From Ruminococcus sp. (GTDB taxonomy: Bacteria > Bacillota > Clostridia > Oscillospirales > Ruminococcaceae): DNA of 64,000 nucleotides. How positions within the stretch are numbered: position 1 is the first letter of the stretch; every line of letters begins with the position of its first letter. A program made the position numbers and the translations under genes. The notes under the pieces were generated by a model. That model saw only the letters and a list, made by a program, of their open reading frames with translations. It did not search any database and was not told the origin of the DNA. Positions 59,738 through 64,000 of this stretch are shown here, in pieces. The DNA is taken from contig JAKSQV010000002.1 of the NCBI GenBank assembly GCA_024403935.1, forward strand, positions 22,492-86,491. The letters are read 5' to 3'.

Positions 59738-61171
59738 TTACAGAAGCTTCATTCCCTCGGCGACTATCTCGCGCTCGTCAAAGTGCAGACGCTTATTGCC
59801 GCCGATCACCTGATAATCCTCGTGACCTTTTCCTGCGAGCACGATCACATCGCCCTTTTCAGCAATTTTCAGTGCGTGAAAGATCGCTTCTCTGCGGTCT
59901 GTCACCACATCATACGGCACATCAGTGCCTTCAAGCCCTGCAAGAATGTCCTTTATTATAGCCTCAGGCTCCTCATCACGAGGATTGTCCGAGGTCACTA
60001 TCAGTCTGTCCGCGTATGAAGCTGCCGCTTTCGCCATTTTCGGACGCTTTGCGGCATCGCGGTTTCCGCCGCATCCGAACAGGCAGATCAGCCTGCCATC
60101 GGTATATTCCCTGACACTTCGGAGAATATTCTCAACAGCATCAGGAGTGTGAGCATAATCGCATATCACGGTAAAATCACTTCCCGTAGGTATTACCTCG
60201 CATCTGCCCTTTACGCCGTTATAATTCTCTATTGCTTCTGCCACAGTATCGGCAGGTATTCCCTCGCGCAGACATACCGCTATCGCAGCAGTAAGGTTTG
60301 AGATATTGAAAACGCCGGGGATACGTGTCTTTATAAGGTGTGACTTGTCTCCGCAGCAGTACCAAAAGCTGCTTCCTGTCGAACTTATCTTTATTCCGTC
60401 GGCATAGATGTCAGCATTTTCTTTTACGCTGAATGAATACTTCTCGCATGATACTTCGCCGAAAAGTCTCCTGCCGTACTCATTATCAGCGTTTATCACA
60501 GCCGCATCGCATATATCGAAAAGCATCTTCTTTGCCTGATAGTAGTCCTCCATATCCTTGTGGTAATCAAGGTGATCCTGAGTCAGGTTTGTGAACACCG
60601 CAGTCCTGAAGTGTGACGGACCGATACGCTTCTGGCAGAGTCCGAACGAGCTGACCTCCATGACAGCATATCTGCATCCTGCCTCAGCCATTTTCGCAAG
60701 CACAGCCATGAAGTCGTAGGTAAGCGGTGTGGTATTCTCGGTATGGATGACCTCATCGCCTATCTCATTCTGTATCGTGCCGATAAGTCCTGTCATGAAG
60801 CCTGCCGACATGAGTATATGCTTTATCACGCTTGTGGTCGTGGTCTTTCCGTTAGTACCTGTAACTGCGATAAGCGTGAGCTTTCTCTCGGGATGTCCGA
60901 ACCATGCCGCGCAGATTTTACCCCAGAGGGTACGTGTATCATCGGTAAGAATCTGCCTGTCACCGAGTCCGAGATCACGCTCGCACACAACTGCCGCAGC
61001 TCCCTTTTCAAGCATCTCCGCTGCAGCGTCATGTCCGTCGAACTTTGCACCCTTTATGCAGACAAAGAGGCTGCCATCAACGACCTTTCGTGTATCGTCG
61101 GTTATCGAGGTTATTTCAGTGCTGCCGATAGTTGTTGCCGCGTTGTTTTCGATTATGTCACATAACTTCAT
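59738..61171 (-). CDS. murE: UDP-MurNAc-tripeptide synthetase (meso-DAP ligase)
   Basis: VTGTNGKTT, MEVSS, DHLDYH, DYAHTPD, DNPR, AGKGHE. Confidence 0.96.
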   Translation of the reverse strand: MKLCDIIENNAATTIGSTEITSITDDTRKVVDGSLFVCIKGAKFDGHDAAAEMLEKGAAAVVCERDLGLGDRQILTDDTRTLWGKICAAWFGHPERKLTLIAVTGTNGKTTTTSVIKHILMSAGFMTGLIGTIQNEIGDEVIHTENTTPLTYDFMAVLAKMAEAGCRYAVMEVSSFGLCQKRIGPSHFRTAVFTNLTQDHLDYHKDMEDYYQAKKMLFDICDAAVINADNEYGRRLFGEVSCEKYSFSVKENADIYADGIKISSTGSSFWYCCGDKSHLIKTRIPGVFNISNLTAAIAVCLREGIPADTVAEAIENYNGVKGRCEVIPTGSDFTVICDYAHTPDAVENILRSVREYTDGRLICLFGCGGNRDAAKRPKMAKAAASYADRLIVTSDNPRDEEPEAIIKDILAGLEGTDVPYDVVTDRREAIFHALKIAEKGDVIVLAGKGHEDYQVIGGNKRLHFDEREIVAEGMKLL

Positions 61172-61261
61172 ATTTCAGCCTCCGTTTCTTTTTAAGTACA
61201 AATATTATTCCTGACGTACAGAATCTGTGGGACGTTTTTTGTCTCCATTTTCAGCGAAGTA

Positions 61262-63658
61262 TCAGTCTCCTCCGCTTGATACCATGAATTCAAGCTCTAT
61301 GGTAGTACCTACGGGGACCTTCGTTCCCGGCGGCTCAGACTGCTTGCTGACAGCTACATCCGCATGATTTACGGAGGCTCCGCGTGCCACATAGTTAAGC
61401 TGACAGTACATGACGGAATCGTTCGCCATACTCGGTGTCAGTCCCACAAGATCGGGGACCTCTGTGTAATCGACCGTGTGGCTGCTCTCAGTGTAGAGGT
61501 AAACCATACCGCCCTTTGCCACAGACGAGCCTGTAACAGGCGACTGTGCAACTACGGACGTGCCCTCGCCTACGACCTTGTACTGTATCTCAAGTCCTGA
61601 AAGTGTCTCTATCGCATCGTCGAGCGGTCCCTCAAGAAGCGGTACCTTGACATCAAGGTTTGCAAGCTCCTCAGTGGAATACTCGGGGCTTATTCCCAGA
61701 TAGGGAAGAACATCCGTAAGAATGTTTCTTGCTGTCGGAACAGCGACCTTGCTTCCGTAATAGCCGATGTCCTTGTTAGGCATATCCGCAAGCACGAGAA
61801 GGATGATCTCGGGATCGTCAGCAGGTGTGAAACAGCAGTACGAAGCACCGTACTCCTGTATAGTCGCATCCTCCTCCTGATCCTTGTTCATCGTAATACC
61901 CTGAGCCGTATACATGAGTCGCTGTGATGTACCCGACTTACCGCCGATGGAATATCCCTTTATTGTAACGTTTCCGCCGCCGTTGCCTGAAACGACTTTT
62001 TCAAGGCAGTCGCGCATTCTTGCGGAGGTCTCCTCAGAAACGACCTGTCTCTTGACAGTGCGGTCATTCTTCAGTACAACATTGCCGTCATCATCGAGTA
62101 TCCTGTCCACCACATACGGCTGAAGCAGATATCCGCCGTTTATAGCCGCACAGTAGGACGTTATCATCTCGATCGGTGTGATTGTCTCGCCCTGTCCGAA
62201 CGAGCATACCGCAAGGTCAACGTTCGACATCGCAGCAGGATCAAAGCCGATACCTGATACCTCGGCAGGAAGGTCAATGCCTGTTTTGCCGTCGAGTCCG
62301 AAGGCATTGAAATAGTAGCAGAACTTATCCACGCCGAGACGTTTGCCTATCTCCATAAAGGCGGGGTTGCAGGAATTGGTCAGAGCCGTCTGATAGTCCT
62401 GCGGACCGTGACCTCCCTCAAGGTGACACTTTATCGGTGCAAGTGCTCCTGCAAGCGAAACTGCACCCGTACACATGAATGAATCCTTGTCTGTGTCGAT
62501 GAGATTCTCCTCAAACGCAGATGCGCTGGTCACGACCTTGAAAACAGAACCGGGCTCATATATCTCAGAGATGCACTTGTTCCGCCACTGACGCTCAAGC
62601 ATTGCGCTCTCGGTCTCCTGCGGAGTAAGCTTCTCATTTGTTATGATAGGTGAGTGATCTACGATCTCATACGGTTCGTTGAGATCAAAGCTCGGATATG
62701 TTGCCATACCGTAGATCGCACCTGTTTTTGCATTCATAAGTATTGAGCAGGCACGGTTCTTGATCTCGAATTCCTCAACCATTTCTTGTAAGTATTTCTC
62801 CAGTATATACTGGATATTCATATCAATGGTCAGGTATACATTATCGCCGTTTTTAGCAGGGTATGTCTTGGAGTACCTGTAAGGAAGCTCATTTCCGTTT
62901 GAATCCTTTGCCGAGATAGTTCTTCCATCAGTACCCGAAAGGTATTCGTCATAGTAGGACTCTATACCGTAGAGTCCATAGCCGTCAGCCGCTGTAAATC
63001 CGATAACGGAGGCGGCAAGCTCGTTCTGAGGATAGTATCTCTTGGTATCCTCCTCGATATTGAGGCAGGTCATGCCCTGATCGCTGAAAAATCCGAGGAG
63101 CTCGTCTGCAACAGGCTTTTCAACCTGATCCTGAAGAACGTGATACTGCGTGTTCTCCTCCATAGCGGCAGACACCTCTTCGGCTGTGATGCCGAGCTTT
63201 GACGAGAGAAGCGTTACTGCCTCCGAGCGGAATGCCTCAGCAGATTCGGGAAGTGTATTCGTTACGACAGTCTGCTGCTCTTCACCGTTTTCATTGGTCG
63301 TAGTTTCGAGCTTCGGCTGATATGTGCCGTTTGCTATGTCCTCCTTCTGCTTGTCTATGCGCTTCTGAAGGAGCGTCATATCCTCACGGAAGCGTTTCGG
63401 ATCAAGAAACACCTTATACACCGATGCACTCTTGGCAAGAGGCGTAGCCTTTGAATCATAGATCGAGCCGCGGTGTGCAGGAATGATTATCGAGCCGAAA
63501 TGCTGACCGTTAGCCATAGCCTGATACTTCTTGTTATTGAGTACCGAGATATTGAAGAAATTTCCTGCGACCACAGTAAATAGTCCGAAGAACACCGAAG
63601 TCATGATGAACCTTGTTCTGAGTTTCATTGACTTTGAGGGGAGATTCTTGTTTGCCAT
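61262..63658 (-). CDS. Class B penicillin-binding protein (SpoVD/FtsI-like) with PASTA domains
   Basis: RGSIYD, RYYP, EPGSVFK (SxxK), SCN (SxN), KSGT (KxG), C-terminal PASTA repeats. Confidence 0.92.
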   Translation of the reverse strand: MANKNLPSKSMKLRTRFIMTSVFFGLFTVVAGNFFNISVLNNKKYQAMANGQHFGSIIIPAHRGSIYDSKATPLAKSASVYKVFLDPKRFREDMTLLQKRIDKQKEDIANGTYQPKLETTTNENGEEQQTVVTNTLPESAEAFRSEAVTLLSSKLGITAEEVSAAMEENTQYHVLQDQVEKPVADELLGFFSDQGMTCLNIEEDTKRYYPQNELAASVIGFTAADGYGLYGIESYYDEYLSGTDGRTISAKDSNGNELPYRYSKTYPAKNGDNVYLTIDMNIQYILEKYLQEMVEEFEIKNRACSILMNAKTGAIYGMATYPSFDLNEPYEIVDHSPIITNEKLTPQETESAMLERQWRNKCISEIYEPGSVFKVVTSASAFEENLIDTDKDSFMCTGAVSLAGALAPIKCHLEGGHGPQDYQTALTNSCNPAFMEIGKRLGVDKFCYYFNAFGLDGKTGIDLPAEVSGIGFDPAAMSNVDLAVCSFGQGETITPIEMITSYCAAINGGYLLQPYVVDRILDDDGNVVLKNDRTVKRQVVSEETSARMRDCLEKVVSGNGGGNVTIKGYSIGGKSGTSQRLMYTAQGITMNKDQEEDATIQEYGASYCCFTPADDPEIILLVLADMPNKDIGYYGSKVAVPTARNILTDVLPYLGISPEYSTEELANLDVKVPLLEGPLDDAIETLSGLEIQYKVVGEGTSVVAQSPVTGSSVAKGGMVYLYTESSHTVDYTEVPDLVGLTPSMANDSVMYCQLNYVARGASVNHADVAVSKQSEPPGTKVPVGTTIELEFMVSSGGD

Positions 63659-63944
63659 ACAGCCCACACTTTCTATGCTTATCGTATCAGCATCTCTGTG
63701 CAGGGCAGATGCCTGCAATTTCGCGGTCCAGTATTTCTGAGCCGCGGATTTTTCCGCATTCCCTGATCGCATCCGTTCTGTTGCATATTTTCAACAAAAC
63801 GATCGAGAAACTGTACGTTTTTCTTATTTTCGCTATAAAATAGAATAAGGCAGGGTGTTGTCGTGCCCCGCCTTTGAACATCTTGTTTTTTTATGTGATG
63901 TCCGTTTCTATGATACTGCCGTATCGAAAACGCTTGTCAGGCGT

Positions 63945-63999
63945 GGGAGCGTCCTCCCCTGTCCGCATTTTTCCGTTCCCGGACAGGGGCAACGTTCCC
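63945..63999. repeat. Imperfect inverted repeat / hairpin
   Basis: gggagcgt..cccctgtcc ... ggacagggg..acgttccc. Confidence 0.55.
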
Positions 64000-64000
64000 G

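Overview
A 64 kb stretch of a Ruminococcus-like (Oscillospiraceae) chromosome, inferred from dockerin-bearing secreted proteins, Firmicutes ribosomal gene order and sporulation-type genes. Most of it is core genome: rplU-prp-rpmA-obgE-mrnC-yebC-mntP, rpsB-tsf, prmA, radA, metK with a SAM-I riboswitch, rqcH/NFACT, a trmK-Nif3 fusion, a sigH-like factor, and a dcw cluster (PBP-murE-mraY-ftsW-murG-murA-ftsQ-ftsZ). Accessory parts include a two-component system with an FtsX-type ABC exporter, two sugar-binding-domain GGDEF proteins, a MoxR/DUF58/transglutaminase operon ending in a dockerin-bearing C39-like peptidase, and a PL1-PL9-dockerin pectate lyase. The best candidate for an undescribed system is at 296-4958. 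It is a translationally coupled operon with the accessory enzymes of phosphorylated lasso-peptide clusters (HPr-kinase-like kinase, PqqD/RRE, ABC exporter, NTP_transf_5 nucleotidyltransferase) but no lasso cyclase or short precursor. It instead has a Ser-His S26 peptidase and is headed by a Ser/Thr-rich lipoprotein carrying a duplicated motif. Other observations: an unannotated 52-aa ORF that is essentially a bare sortase-type sorting signal, a frameshifting micro-deletion in one GGDEF gene, a 90-bp tandem repeat, a GTAG-type REP doublet, and several long rod-like intergenic hairpins. All family calls are by-eye motif recognition; no searches were run.
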